Assembly (NCBI GenBank): GCA_038244255.1
Contig: JBBRTP010000001.1
Coordinates: 1-36,133 of the forward strand
Direction: 5' to 3'
From: Candidatus Saccharimonadia bacterium
Lineage (GTDB): Bacteria > Patescibacteriota > Saccharimonadia > UBA4664
DNA: 36,133 nucleotides
Shown piece after piece: positions 15,023-25,294 of this stretch. A model generated the notes under the pieces. The model did no database searches. It was not told the origin of the DNA and saw only the letters and a program-made list of their open reading frames with translations. Position numbers and translations under genes: made by a program. Every line of letters begins with the position of its first letter. Positions within the stretch are counted from its first letter, which is position 1.

Positions 15023-15661
15023 TTAAGCCAGGGCTTGTAGGCACGGGAGAACGATTTGGTGCTCAACCTCATCTATCGCCGACACCAGATTACGATTGAC
15101 GACGCGACGTTCTCTCCAGTCAATGAAGGGCTTCTGGTCCATGAGAGATCGTTCGGCCCGCGCCGCCTTAATGCGTGCGGCAACCTGCTCGCCAGTGAGC
15201 TCTGGGCTCCGAGCCATGATCCGGAGCCTCAGATCCAGCAGCTCGGCGTCAATCGAACGGGATTCACCCGTCACGAGCTGGACGTAGACGATCAGAATCG
15301 ACCCATAGAACTCAATGAGCTGACGCACGCCGTTAATATCGACGTCGCCAATGAGCACTCGGCCGCCGGCTAGACCGGGCTCAACCTCCGAACGATGGGT
15401 GCCGTAGTAATCGCCGCCGTATTCGGCGTACTCAGCAAAGAGGCCGGCATCGATCTGCTCCTCGAAGAGCTCGCGCGAGATGAAATGGTAGTGAACTCCG
15501 TCAATCTCACCAGGTCGCTGCGGTCGAGTAGTAGACGAGATGGTCATCCTGAGCTCAGGATGGCGCTCTACCAGGCTGTCGATGATCGTGCTCTTGCCCG
15601 ATCCGGACGGCCCCTGGAGAACTATAAAGCGACCGGTATAGACATGGTGCATGCCGCTCAT
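15023..15661 (-). CDS. gmk: guanylate kinase
   Basis: GPSGSGKST P-loop and TTRPQRPGEIDGVHYHF motif. Confidence 0.85.
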   Translation of the reverse strand: MSGMHHVYTGRFIVLQGPSGSGKSTIIDSLVERHPELRMTISSTTRPQRPGEIDGVHYHFISRELFEEQIDAGLFAEYAEYGGDYYGTHRSEVEPGLAGGRVLIGDVDINGVRQLIEFYGSILIVYVQLVTGESRSIDAELLDLRLRIMARSPELTGEQVAARIKAARAERSLMDQKPFIDWRERRVVNRNLVSAIDEVEHQIVLPCLQALA

Positions 15662-15728
15662 ACTGCCCTCCTCGGGTCTCGATTGGTCGACGAACTCCTA
15701 TTGAATCACGCTCACCAACAGATGTAAA

Positions 15729-16265
15729 TCACCGCCCGAAGGCAAATGAGAGATCGTTGTACTCCACCGTGTCGTAGGCGGTGATCCCCTCCCGATGCCA
15801 CAGTACAAACTCGGCCAGCCCCACATCAAGCGCCAATTTACTGCATATCGTACAGTATGGCCGGCCCGCGGGCTCGGGCTCTCCCGCCTCGTCCAGGCGA
15901 ATGAAGTAGAGCCGGCCGCCCGTGACTGGGCTCGGATTCGACCTCAGAGCGTCCATGATAGCCCGCCATTCGGCATGAATGCAGCAGGTCCGATCGGATT
16001 TAAAACCCGGAGCAAGCTCACCGCGCCGCTCGCAGCGCCTTTGATCGGCCCGATCCGCCGGTGGTGAGTTATAGCCCCGACCGATAATGACCCCGACACC
16101 GGAGGCGATCACGCTACCGCACCTCGAGCGACCGCAGGTAGCCGTTCTAGCCTCGTTTGCCGCCGCGGATATCATCTGCCACGCTGTACGCGCCTCAGCG
16201 CCCTCTAAGAGCCTCACGGTGCCTCCTTCGTAGCTTAGCCGATCGGACGCTCTCATCTTAGCCAA
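15729..16265 (-). CDS. CMP/dCMP deaminase-family zinc enzyme
   Basis: CIHAE and PYCTIC zinc-ligand motifs. Confidence 0.75.
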   Translation of the reverse strand: MAKMRASDRLSYEGGTVRLLEGAEARTAWQMISAAANEARTATCGRSRCGSVIASGVGVIIGRGYNSPPADRADQRRCERRGELAPGFKSDRTCCIHAEWRAIMDALRSNPSPVTGGRLYFIRLDEAGEPEPAGRPYCTICSKLALDVGLAEFVLWHREGITAYDTVEYNDLSFAFGR

Positions 16266-16312
16266 GATAGCCTCGAATCATAGCCCCAGATATTGGCATC
16301 CCATCGGTCAGG

Positions 16313-16337
16313 TCCTTCGACTTCGCTCAGGATGACA
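16313..16337. repeat. single GTCCTTCGACTTCGCTCAGGATGAC unit
   Basis: Related to the arms of the 10934-10995 palindrome. Confidence 0.4.
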
Positions 16338-16408
16338 GGGGGGTACTTATCCCCTATTCTCAAACTTATCCCCTAGCCAAATCAATAGTCATATGACAAC
16401 ATATAGTC

Positions 16409-16852
16409 ATGAAATGTCCGTTTTGTCGCCAAGACACCACCGAGGTCTACAATAGCCGCGCTACCAAGTTCGCCACCCAGATATGGCGACGTCGTCGCTG
16501 TTTATCCTGCCACGAGTCATTTACCACCTACGAAGCGCCGGATCTTGGCTTCCTCAAGGTAATAAAAAAGACCGGCAAGAAGCAGCGCTACTCACGCGCT
16601 AAGCTCTATTCCGGTATCTATGGGGCGTTCCTCTCGATACCCGCCAAGGAGAATACAGTGGATGCCGTGACCGACACCATCGAGGCTAAACTTTTGGACA
16701 TGAAGAAGGCCGAGCTGAGCTCGGCCGAGATCGCCAGGGTGGTCCTGACAACCCTCAAACACTTTAATACGGCGGCCTTCGTGCGCTACCTGGCCTACCA
16801 CGCCGACCTCTCGAGCGACTCTCAGCTGGCCCGTGAGCTCAAGAAGTACTAG
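16409..16852 (+). CDS. nrdR: transcriptional repressor NrdR
   Basis: MKCPFC...RRRRCLSCHESFTTYE zinc ribbon followed by an ATP-cone-length tail. Confidence 0.9.
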   Translation: MKCPFCRQDTTEVYNSRATKFATQIWRRRRCLSCHESFTTYEAPDLGFLKVIKKTGKKQRYSRAKLYSGIYGAFLSIPAKENTVDAVTDTIEAKLLDMKKAELSSAEIARVVLTTLKHFNTAAFVRYLAYHADLSSDSQLARELKKY

Positions 16853-16864
16853 AAGACCCTCCTC

Positions 16865-17332
16865 TCACCTCGGGTAGAGGAAGAGGAGGGTCTCGGGGAT
16901 CATGGCGAGTGATGCGGCCAGGAGCACCGCCCCTGCGGCGATGTGCTTGATCTTGCGTACCTCGTCATCGCCCTCAGATGTACGTGGCCACATCTTGTCG
17001 CAGATGAGTTCACCGACCGTGTTGAGCATCTCTAGCGGCGGTACCACCAGTGCAATGCCGAAGGCGATACTGAACCTGCTCAGTGTCATGTGTCGCAGCC
17101 ACAGATCGACGACCGAGCCCAAGGCGATGAAGAAGAGAATCCACTTCATCGAGCGACCCTTCTTAAGCACATCGACGATGCCTTCGGCCGCCTGACGCAG
17201 ATTCTTAAGATCGCCTCGTATTCCAGGTTCCCGGCCGACGACCGGCCGCGGATCGGCCTCCGGCCGGTTCTCTAGCAATGTACTCACCTCGCTCTCTGGT
17301 AGGGTGACGGGTGTCCAGGAGATTATATACAT
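16865..17332 (-). CDS. diacylglycerol/undecaprenol kinase (DgkA)-like membrane protein
   Basis: LEMLNTVGELICDKMWP...KIKHIAAGAVLLAASLA resembles DgkA motifs. Confidence 0.55.
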   Translation of the reverse strand: MYIISWTPVTLPESEVSTLLENRPEADPRPVVGREPGIRGDLKNLRQAAEGIVDVLKKGRSMKWILFFIALGSVVDLWLRHMTLSRFSIAFGIALVVPPLEMLNTVGELICDKMWPRTSEGDDEVRKIKHIAAGAVLLAASLAMIPETLLFLYPR

Positions 17333-17567
17333 TAGCTGGTTTGCCTCAAAGCCTAGCGGTTCGGGCGCCAGACATGACTAAGCCATATAATCTGGCTCTA
17401 CGAGGCCGTTCTGACGCGTTCAGAGCCTCCTGGAGGCGTTCTTAGCCGCAAGATACCCAATTAGGCATCTTCTTGCCTCTATCGGACCACAGGGGCTTGG
17501 GATCGGTCTCGCTGGATATCAAAACAGGACCCGAAGGTCCTGTCTTGATAATCGATTCGGCCCGAAG

Positions 17568-18248
17568 CTACTTGCGGTCTTTGTCGCCTTCGTTCTCCTC
17601 TGACACCACAATCGGAAGCTCCTCAGCCACACCCTCTGGCAATTCGTCCTTGAGCTCCTCATCCAACTCCGCCATTTCGGCGTCACTACGTGGTGGCTCC
17701 ACCCGGACCACGAGGATAGTTTCGGGCTCTTCCACCAGCAGCTTCACGCCGGCCGGGATCTTAAGATCGGCCACGGTGATGGTCTTCTCGAAGTCATCGA
17801 GGACCGAGATATCGACCTCTATCGACTCAGGCAGGTCGCCCGGCAAACACTCGACCTCAATTGCCTCGAGGTTCTTGAGCAGTACACCCTCGTCCTGGTA
17901 GACGGCGGTAGATTCACCCACGAAGTGCAACGGCACCTCGGCGGTGAGGACCTCGTTCATGTTCACTACATAGAAGTCGGCATGGATGATGGCATCATTG
18001 AGCGGGTTTCGCTGAACATCCTGAATCAGCACGTTCTCGGCCTTCGTACCATCGACTTTGAGCTCAATAATCTTGTTCCCACCGGCTTGATCGTAGATGC
18101 GCTCGATGACGCGTGAGTCCACTACCAGCGACTGAGCCACGTGATCGTGACCATAGGCCGTGGCCGGGATCTTACCTTCGGCCCGTAGCTGCGCATTCTT
18201 TTTCCCACGCTCGGTTCGCGTAGTGACCGCGAGGGTTAACTTTTCCAT
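17568..18248 (-). CDS. rplY: 50S ribosomal protein L25/Ctc
   Basis: RTERGKKNAQLRAEGKIPATAYG... with an acidic C-terminal tail. A terminator hairpin lies at about 17520-17550. Confidence 0.9.
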   Translation of the reverse strand: MEKLTLAVTTRTERGKKNAQLRAEGKIPATAYGHDHVAQSLVVDSRVIERIYDQAGGNKIIELKVDGTKAENVLIQDVQRNPLNDAIIHADFYVVNMNEVLTAEVPLHFVGESTAVYQDEGVLLKNLEAIEVECLPGDLPESIEVDISVLDDFEKTITVADLKIPAGVKLLVEEPETILVVRVEPPRSDAEMAELDEELKDELPEGVAEELPIVVSEENEGDKDRK

Positions 18249-18266
18249 GATTCCTACCTTCTTGAA

Positions 18267-18596
18267 TTATTTCGATTGCTTGAACATATGCTTTGATTTG
18301 GATATCCAGCGGTGGAATTCGGCGATCTCGCCGGCCGAGATGGCGCCCTTGGCCGCAAACTTGGCCTCTTCGCTCTGTCGTAGGTCGCTGCGACGCTTCC
18401 CGGTACCCTTAGGATTTGTGCTTACCGTAGCCAGAACTGGCAAGGAGCAATTGTGACAGCTTAACTGAACGAAGCAGTATAGGTCAATCTCTCCCAGGAA
18501 TCGAATGTCATCAAAGAAGTAATTCGTGTCGCACGAAGGGCACTTATAGAACTCTTGAAGATTCTTAATCAGGTCCTGAAGTTGTCTTGGCTTCAT
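18267..18596 (-). CDS. hypothetical zinc-ribbon protein
   Basis: CPSC...CHNC motifs. Listed in the ORF track. Confidence 0.5.
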   Translation of the reverse strand: MKPRQLQDLIKNLQEFYKCPSCDTNYFFDDIRFLGEIDLYCFVQLSCHNCSLPVLATVSTNPKGTGKRRSDLRQSEEAKFAAKGAISAGEIAEFHRWISKSKHMFKQSK

Positions 18597-18679
18597 GGCT
18601 GCCTCCCTCGTTACCCTGACATTCTATCATCCGGTGACGATGGCTCAAAACATAGGCGGCACGAGTCACGCCACGCCGA

Positions 18680-19744
18680 TTATTTGGGCTGCAGGCGGTT
18701 TAGACGATACCAATTGATAATCAAGAGGGCGCCTATTGAGCTCGCCATGAGAAAAATTAGTATGACCAGTGCAATTAACTTAGCAAACGAGCCTATGGTG
18801 ACGGCTACCAGGCCGAAGCTTGCCGTAATGGCATAAAACGTCAGGACGGCTTGGCGCTGGGTCAAGCCAACGTCTAATAGCAGGTGGTGGAAGTGCTGAC
18901 GATCGGCCTTAAACGGTGAGGTACGCTTGGCGATCCGCCGTACCGCCGCCCAGATGGCGTCCACGATGGGAAAGCCAAGTACCAAGGCGGCCGTGGCGAG
19001 CTTGGCGCCCGAGTAGATAGAGAGCATTGCCAGCGTGAGACCCAGAAAGTAGGCACCGGAATCACCCATGAAGATCCGAGCCGGGTAGAAGTTGTACGGC
19101 AGGAAGCCAAAGGCCGCGCCGGCTAGGATGATGGCAATGAGCGCGACGGCCGGCTGGTGCACATTGGGCCCGGCTGCGACGATAAACATCACAAAGGCCG
19201 CGATACCGGAGACGCCGCAGGCTAGGCCATCGAGACCGTCGAGGAAGTTTACCGTATTGGCCAGTCCCACCATCCATAAGAGGCTAAAGAGATTGGCGAT
19301 CGGCGTGATGTGAAAATCGAGGCCAAACAAGCTCGCCGCGAAGCGACCGTAGCCGAGGTCAAAGACCCCACCGAACGGGTTGGTGATGACGGTGATACCG
19401 ATGCCGCCGGAGAGCGCCACGCTGGCAGCGATAAACTGCCAGATGAGCTTCACCCAGGCGGAGAGCCCCCGAATATCATCCACCACACCCACGAGCACCA
19501 ATATGAGGCAGCCAACCATAAGGGCGATGAGCTGGCGATTGGGCGACAGGTACACCACGATACCCGTAAGAAAACCAATGAATATAGCGACGCCACCCAG
19601 ATAGGCCACGGGCACTTTGTGGATCTTTCGGCTCTCATTGGGCTTATCGATGATGCCCAGACGAAGCGCAAAACGCCGGACCAATGGCGTAGCTACGGCC
19701 GATACACCTAGGGCTAAGGCAAAGGCGAGGAAGTAATTGGTCAT
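18680..19744 (-). CDS. glycosyltransferase family 4 (WecA/MraY-like polyprenyl-phosphate sugar-1-P transferase)
   Basis: NFLDGLDGLA and FMGDSGAYFLG motifs. Polytopic membrane protein. Confidence 0.85.
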   Translation of the reverse strand: MTNYFLAFALALGVSAVATPLVRRFALRLGIIDKPNESRKIHKVPVAYLGGVAIFIGFLTGIVVYLSPNRQLIALMVGCLILVLVGVVDDIRGLSAWVKLIWQFIAASVALSGGIGITVITNPFGGVFDLGYGRFAASLFGLDFHITPIANLFSLLWMVGLANTVNFLDGLDGLACGVSGIAAFVMFIVAAGPNVHQPAVALIAIILAGAAFGFLPYNFYPARIFMGDSGAYFLGLTLAMLSIYSGAKLATAALVLGFPIVDAIWAAVRRIAKRTSPFKADRQHFHHLLLDVGLTQRQAVLTFYAITASFGLVAVTIGSFAKLIALVILIFLMASSIGALLIINWYRLNRLQPK

Positions 19745-21429
19745 TTGCGCGTGGACTTTTCGGTAACGTAGAACTCGAGGTAGCGGCCGAACATCAAGCG
19801 AGTCTGCGCGTTAATTGCGGCAAAGGCGCCGAAACCAATAGACGTTATGGGTAGCAAAAGCCACTGCAAGAGCATCAGGATATTACGGCTGCGACGATAG
19901 CGAGGCGGCCGCGGTGGTAGCGAGATGAGCGAAACAAACGCCGTGATAATAATAGTCACCGACGACAGCGTCATGATACGAGAGGTGATGATGGGCAGCT
20001 CGTAGGCGAGGCTCTGGTGGCTGAAGGTGTGATTAAGCAGCAGTGGCAGATAGGCCACAAAGCCTAAGATGAGCGGTGCGGTGGCCCAGGTGAAGTGACC
20101 CTCAAAGAGCCGGCCGAATTGGATGAGCTTATTGCTCCAGGGTATGGTCTTGTGCGTAATGGAGTTACGTACAACGAACTGGATATCTGAGACACCCCAG
20201 GCCCAGCGGCGCAATTGCAAGAATTGGACCTTGAACGTCTTGGCGTAGGTCTCGGCCAGCACCGCGTCCTGATAGATGGGCGTAAAGAGCGGTACCACCT
20301 CGTGCTCGCCGTCGTAGGCAAAGTAGGTGCGCCAGAACTGGTGGCCGTCCTCCACAATGCTCGTGACACTCCAATAATCGGTGACGATGAGTGCGGCCAG
20401 ACTCTGGGCGTGCGCGGCAAAGTTACGCAGGCGGTGCGGGCGCATCATCTCCATGAGGAGCCAGAAGGTATTACCGGTGGCAATCACTCTCATGGGCGCC
20501 GGCGCGTCCCAGATGTTGTTATAGAACATCGGGATGGGCTGGAAGCTCTTGTGCACACGGTTGGGATCCAGCGCATACACGTAAGTGAGATAGCTAAAGT
20601 AGTTCTTGGAGGCACGGTGATCGGAATCGAAGGTAGTGACCACGACGTGCTCGGGGTCGATATCGCGACGCCGGATCTCCTCGGTGAGACGGCGCCCAGC
20701 ATAGCTAATGTTACCGCCCTTACCGCGGATCTCACCGGTAATGCCGTCCGGGTGTTTCACGGCCACGGCGTAGGCGAAGCGGCTCCCGTAGCGCTCAATG
20801 AGGTCCAGGGCGTTACGCTCGGTCTGATCCCCTCCCCGCTCCTCGTAGGCGATCACAAGCATTAGACGCTCCACTGGGAAATCAACTTCGGTGAGCGCCC
20901 GTACCGACGGCTCTAAGATATCGATGGATTCGTTAAAGGTGGCCAGGATGACGGCGTGATAGATCTGGCTCGGATCAAGCACAGTTCGTTCGTGCTCGGT
21001 GATCTCGAGCAAGCGATTGCGCTCAGCCACCAGTGAGCGGTACTGCTTCTGCAGCGGCGAAGTACTCCATGGCCAGTGACTCAGCGCCTCCGGATGGTGT
21101 TCAGCTATCTGTTGGAGTTCGTTGTTCACTTGAATCAAATAGTTGTTCGGGTCACTCAAACGCGTCACCCGGCCCGACCAATCGATGGTGTTGGCCTCGC
21201 GCAATCGGCGGTAGCTGCGAATGAGGTTGACGCTCAGGCGGAACGATTTAATCATCCAATAGAGATCAAAAGCGATGATAAAGTAGGCCACCCAGACTGG
21301 CGCGAACACGCTTAAGACGATAGGTCCCAGGAGTACCGTCCAGGTCACGGCGCCCGGAATGATCTCCCAGAGGCGAATAAACCAGCGGCGGTCGACCCAG
21401 CGCAAGCGTACTGCCTCAGTGGGCTTCAA
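19741..21429 (-). CDS. processive-type family 2 glycosyltransferase
   Basis: ATFNES, TFDSDH and QLRRWAWG (QxxRW) motifs, with flanking TM segments. Confidence 0.75.
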   Translation of the reverse strand: MKPTEAVRLRWVDRRWFIRLWEIIPGAVTWTVLLGPIVLSVFAPVWVAYFIIAFDLYWMIKSFRLSVNLIRSYRRLREANTIDWSGRVTRLSDPNNYLIQVNNELQQIAEHHPEALSHWPWSTSPLQKQYRSLVAERNRLLEITEHERTVLDPSQIYHAVILATFNESIDILEPSVRALTEVDFPVERLMLVIAYEERGGDQTERNALDLIERYGSRFAYAVAVKHPDGITGEIRGKGGNISYAGRRLTEEIRRRDIDPEHVVVTTFDSDHRASKNYFSYLTYVYALDPNRVHKSFQPIPMFYNNIWDAPAPMRVIATGNTFWLLMEMMRPHRLRNFAAHAQSLAALIVTDYWSVTSIVEDGHQFWRTYFAYDGEHEVVPLFTPIYQDAVLAETYAKTFKVQFLQLRRWAWGVSDIQFVVRNSITHKTIPWSNKLIQFGRLFEGHFTWATAPLILGFVAYLPLLLNHTFSHQSLAYELPIITSRIMTLSSVTIIITAFVSLISLPPRPPRYRRSRNILMLLQWLLLPITSIGFGAFAAINAQTRLMFGRYLEFYVTEKSTRK

Positions 21430-21893
21430 CGTACCACTCCCAGGGCGTTAGCTATGACAAAGCTAAATATCGCTACCACCGTAGCCCCGAGGAGTAAGTA
21501 AAAGCTTGCCAGACGACTGCGGGCAAACGCCTGGTAGGCCACCACCGAGTTCACTAGGATGACGCCTAAGGCAAAGAGTGCTACCAGATAGGGATAATAC
21601 CAAGGACCCAGGGTGTACCCCAGATTGAGGCTAGAGTAGCGCACTGGCTGGGCAATATCACTGGGGTGGACGTTCAGAAGGAGCGTGATGAAGGTAAAAG
21701 CGCTCACCGCTAGTGAGCCAATGATGAGACCCATGGACAAGCGATCATGAAAAAAGCGCGACTGGCGGACGTGGTCGGCCCGGGCGCTTATAGTCCGCCT
21801 AATATTGCCGAGGGGCGGCAGGATATTCATGAGACCGATTATACCACTTAGGGCGAGTAAACCACCCTGATAGATTACTGTGCAATTTAACAT
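21426..21893 (-). CDS. hypothetical polytopic membrane protein (start uncertain)
   Basis: ORF track lists 21426-22061. I trimmed it to an internal Met to avoid overlap with the divergent gene. Confidence 0.4.
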   Translation of the reverse strand: MLNCTVIYQGGLLALSGIIGLMNILPPLGNIRRTISARADHVRQSRFFHDRLSMGLIIGSLAVSAFTFITLLLNVHPSDIAQPVRYSSLNLGYTLGPWYYPYLVALFALGVILVNSVVAYQAFARSRLASFYLLLGATVVAIFSFVIANALGVVR

Positions 21894-21900
21894 TACAATT

Positions 21901-23067
21901 ATGACTATGCATAACCAATACCAGGTACCCACCAAACGGTTAATTGGCCTCGTACTCACCTGGGCGGTCGTTATACTCGGTGTGAGCTCATGGATCTTCA
22001 CGCACCAAGCGCCTCTTAGAGTGCGGCCCGAGTTCAATTTGGCCGTAGACGGCGGTATCACTCGCTACGTCGGCGCCTTGGATACCTTTGATGCCGGCAA
22101 TTACTATGCCATAGCCACTCACGGCTACGTCCAGGCTCAGGTGGGACTGCGAGCCTTCTTCCCGCTCTTTCCCGTGACCATGCACTGGCTTATGATGCCC
22201 TGGCGTGGTGTACTGCAGCCGGCAACGAGTTTCGCGCTGATAGCCACGTTAACGAACCTGGTGGCCCTGGCTGGGGGTGCTCTTCTGCTATGGCGTCTGA
22301 CCGAGCTGGATAGACCAGGAAAATCGCACTACTGGGCTCTCGGCTTCCTGCTGGCCTTCCCGGGCGCCTTCTTCTTTATGGCGCCCTACACCGAGTCGCT
22401 CTTCTTGCTCTTCATCCTCGGCGCCTTCTACGCGGCGCGGACCGGGCGCTGGTGGCTTGCGGGTACTTTTGGCTTGCTGGCTACCACCACGCGCCTGCCC
22501 GGCATAGTCTTGATGGCTGCGCTTGGTGTCGAGTATCTGGAACAATGTGGTTGGAGAATCGAGAATATCCGCTGGAATCTGCTCTGGCTTGGGCTCATAC
22601 CACTTGGTGCCTTGGGTTACTTTGGCTACTTGCAGTTTGTCGCGGGCGGCCTCAGCACCTACCTAGCTGCCTACCACGCCAGCTGGCCAGACCGCCACGC
22701 CACCTGGAATATTCTGGCCGTCGTCGTGCATCCATTCATCGCAGTCCTCCACCACGCTCGCCCCAAGCCCAATGATCTACTGGGGCTAATGGGCGTTGCG
22801 ATCGGCATAGCGTTTCTCTTAAGCTTCAGACGGTTCCGCCTGCGCTACTCCTACGGCGCCCTGGTATTACTAGGCCTGCTTTTGCCGCTTCTCAGTGGCA
22901 ACCTCGAGAGTCTCTTACGTTACGTCATGGTGATGTTCCCTCTGGCCATCCTCTTTGACACGCTGGCCAGTAAGCACCCTCGAATCGCCCTACTCTGGCT
23001 CGTCGGCGGCTCGGTGGCCAACCTCGCTCTGATGTACCTCTTCGTCCGCGGCGTCTTCGTCGGCTAG
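21901..23067 (+). CDS. PIG-V/GT-C-like membrane mannosyltransferase
   Basis: FDAGNYYAIATHGY...AFFPLFP motif and many TM helices. Confidence 0.6.
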   Translation: MTMHNQYQVPTKRLIGLVLTWAVVILGVSSWIFTHQAPLRVRPEFNLAVDGGITRYVGALDTFDAGNYYAIATHGYVQAQVGLRAFFPLFPVTMHWLMMPWRGVLQPATSFALIATLTNLVALAGGALLLWRLTELDRPGKSHYWALGFLLAFPGAFFFMAPYTESLFLLFILGAFYAARTGRWWLAGTFGLLATTTRLPGIVLMAALGVEYLEQCGWRIENIRWNLLWLGLIPLGALGYFGYLQFVAGGLSTYLAAYHASWPDRHATWNILAVVVHPFIAVLHHARPKPNDLLGLMGVAIGIAFLLSFRRFRLRYSYGALVLLGLLLPLLSGNLESLLRYVMVMFPLAILFDTLASKHPRIALLWLVGGSVANLALMYLFVRGVFVG

Positions 23068-23069
23068 TA

Positions 23070-23098
23070 TTGACAAAACAAACTACTTATGCTATTAT
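23070..23098 (+). promoter_or_regulatory. consensus-like promoter TTGACA-17-TATTAT
   Basis: Read directly from the sequence, upstream of the 23169 gene. Confidence 0.55.
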
Positions 23099-23168
23099 TT
23101 GACGGTTCTGTGCAGTGACCTCAGCCTGAGACCACCACTCGTCACAGTCGCACCCGAGAGGACAATTT

Positions 23169-23660
23169 ATGAGGCTTGTGCGCCAAATGGTGCTACGGTT
23201 CGTCGTGATCGCCACGCTCGTCGCCCTCGGCGCCGTGGGTCTCACCTCGGTGAGGGCTCACTCCGCCTCCGCCGGTCGGGACTCTGCCGCCGTCATCGAC
23301 GCCAAGCCGATGGGTGGCACCGGCGGACCCGCCTGCCCCACCGGGCAGGTCGCGACTACCCTGCAGGCGGATCAAGCCGGCTACACGGTCAACGGTGACC
23401 CGCGAATGCACGTGCGGATCAGCCAGATCGACAACACCGTCTCAGCCTCTTGGTGGGGCACCGCCCCAACCAAGACCGCCGCCGGTATGCGGCTTGAGAT
23501 AGTCGATGTCGCGCTGGTAGGCCCGCAGAACACTGCGGGCACCAACCTCCACTACGACCGTGCTAAGGGCACCCTGCAGTGGCACATGCCCACGGCAGAT
23601 GCCGGCTACGAGTTCGTTTGGCAGATCGCCCTCTGTGGCACCCCTCTGCCGGCTCGCTGA
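23169..23660 (+). CDS. hypothetical secreted protein, GC3-rich
   Basis: N-terminal signal-like segment (LRFVVIATLVALGAVGLTSVRAHSA). Hairpin at 23679-23706 downstream. Confidence 0.6.
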   Translation: MRLVRQMVLRFVVIATLVALGAVGLTSVRAHSASAGRDSAAVIDAKPMGGTGGPACPTGQVATTLQADQAGYTVNGDPRMHVRISQIDNTVSASWWGTAPTKTAAGMRLEIVDVALVGPQNTAGTNLHYDRAKGTLQWHMPTADAGYEFVWQIALCGTPLPAR

Positions 23661-23730
23661 CCCATCCCACTCTCGGGTGGCCGAGACGCCTAAAAACGTC
23701 TCGGCCCCACCCCGCAATTATCTGTCCCAA

Positions 23731-23760
23731 ACAAAACCCCCTCGATTGAGGGGGTTTTGT
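23731..23760. terminator. bidirectional terminator
   Basis: ACAAAACCCCCTC-gatt-GAGGGGGTTTTGT. Confidence 0.7.
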
Positions 23761-23778
23761 AATGGCCGCTTACCACAC

Positions 23779-24459
23779 TCAGGACGAAGCAACGCGGCTC
23801 CGGATCTCACCCGCCTCATGGATCTCTACTCGGCCGGCGCCGTGGACCGTCTCGGTCGCGTCATCCATCACCAACGCCGTATCCTCATCGATCCCCATCC
23901 AGGCGTTGCGAATCTCAGCGGACGCTCGATCAAAGATGAAGGACCCCCCCTTCCAGCGATTAAAGTGAGGGATGATAGAGTACTTCACGAGTCCCAATGC
24001 CGGCTGCCAATTCTCGTCGTCGTTTCCGAACATCGCCTTAAAAGGGTGTGCCAGGATATGACTGCCCATGACCATCGAGCCGGCCGAGCTGCCAGCGAGC
24101 AAGACCCCCTCACCGACTCGCTTCAGGATCATCTGCTCAAGGAGACTGCCACTCAGCACTTCGAGCAGATAGCCTGGCTGACCTCCGGAGAAGAAGATCC
24201 AATCGACCTCGGCCAGCCGATCGACCAAGTTCGGATCGCTGGCGTCGGCTCGATTTAGGATTGGCACGGGGATTACGGGGATTTCGAACTTAGCGTAGTG
24301 CGCCTGGGCCATGTCGACCCATTTTAAGACGTCTTTCTCGGCCCCAGCGGCCGTTGGAAGCACAGCTAAATTTCGCGGCTTGAAGGTCTCGATAAGATAG
24401 GCGTCGATCTGATCAACCGCGGGCGTAAATTCACCTGAACCAAAGAGGGCTAATTTCAT
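23779..24459 (-). CDS. peptidase S51 family (dipeptidase E/cyanophycinase-like)
   Basis: FFSGGQP and LAGSSAGS nucleophile motifs. Confidence 0.8.
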   Translation of the reverse strand: MKLALFGSGEFTPAVDQIDAYLIETFKPRNLAVLPTAAGAEKDVLKWVDMAQAHYAKFEIPVIPVPILNRADASDPNLVDRLAEVDWIFFSGGQPGYLLEVLSGSLLEQMILKRVGEGVLLAGSSAGSMVMGSHILAHPFKAMFGNDDENWQPALGLVKYSIIPHFNRWKGGSFIFDRASAEIRNAWMGIDEDTALVMDDATETVHGAGRVEIHEAGEIRSRVASS

Positions 24460-24547
24460 ACGCTGAGCATAGCAGATCTTTGGCGGTTAGGGTCGCAAAT
24501 CTTAACGTTACCAAAAACGGCCCAAAGGCCGTCTGGAGAATAATTTC

Positions 24548-24621
24548 TGGAGCGGGTGGCGAGAATCGAACTCGCCTCTCAACCTTGGGAAGGTCGCATA
24601 CTACCGATGTACTACACCCGC
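24548..24621 (-). tRNA. tRNA-Gly (anticodon CCC), CCA encoded
   Basis: Minus strand: GCGGGTGTAGTACATCGGTAGTATGCGACCTTCCCAAGGTTGAGAGGCGAGTTCGATTCTCGCCACCCGCTCCA. Confidence 0.9.
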
Positions 24622-24766
24622 GTTGCGCTACGTATATCGCGCGTTCTGTGTCGGCGCCAGCTCCAGGCCTCGCTCAACGTACGCGTAAGTACGGCTCGCT
24701 CGGGCTTCACCGGCTTCTCACATTACATCACGCTATACGTGGCTTAGGGAAACAGATTGAATCAAA

Positions 24767-24842
24767 TGGAGCCGATGAAGGGATTCGAACCCATGACCTA
24801 CGCTTTACGAAAGCGCCGCTCTACCAACTGAGCTACATCGGC
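24767..24842 (-). tRNA. tRNA-Thr (anticodon CGT), CCA encoded, discriminator U
   Basis: Minus strand: GCCGATGTAGCTCAGTTGGTAGAGCGGCGCTTTCGTAAAGCGTAGGTCATGGGTTCGAATCCCTTCATCGGCTCCA. Confidence 0.9.
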
Positions 24843-24946
24843 CCGTTCGACGAACGAGCGTGGAACCATCCAATTAAACCAAAAAACAACGGCCCGTACT
24901 AGACCGTTGTCTCGTTACCTGTTGATTTTATGGCCGTACTTTGTCC

Positions 24947-25123
24947 CTAGGTGATGCCCTTATGCTTCGGAAAACGGTACTCATAGCGTTCGGCCAGCTG
25001 CTCGTATTTATCGCCGATGGCCTGCTTGGCCTCTTCCAGGCTCATGTAGAAAACGTCGGCTACCTCTGGTTGGTATTGGACTTGGCTCGTTGATTTTATC
25101 TTCCTCGTTCTTGACCTACCCAT
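24947..25123 (-). CDS. hypothetical 58-aa protein (below the ORF-track cutoff)
   Basis: My own translation: MGRSRTRKIKSTSQVQYQPEVADVFYMSLEEAKQAIGDKYEQLAERYEYRFPKHKGIT. GAGAGGGA SD-like motif upstream. Confidence 0.3.
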   Translation of the reverse strand: MGRSRTRKIKSTSQVQYQPEVADVFYMSLEEAKQAIGDKYEQLAERYEYRFPKHKGIT

Positions 25124-25294
25124 TTAAGATATCCCTCTCTTATTGGTAAGCACAGTATGCCTCCGGACCAAGGAAGGTCCATCGTTGTAAGTCACAAAGC
25201 CTACCCTGTCACTTATGTTAGTTTTGTTGGGAATCGCTAACGCTTAATCGCACCGATTTATCAGCGAGATTTCTATGAGTATGTGGAGCCAATC

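Noticed and set aside
24480-24902. A 140-aa plus-strand ORF (and 24556-24747).
   Set aside because: It spans two well-formed minus-strand tRNA genes (Gly-CCC and Thr-CGT), so it is an artefact of stop-free tRNA sequence.
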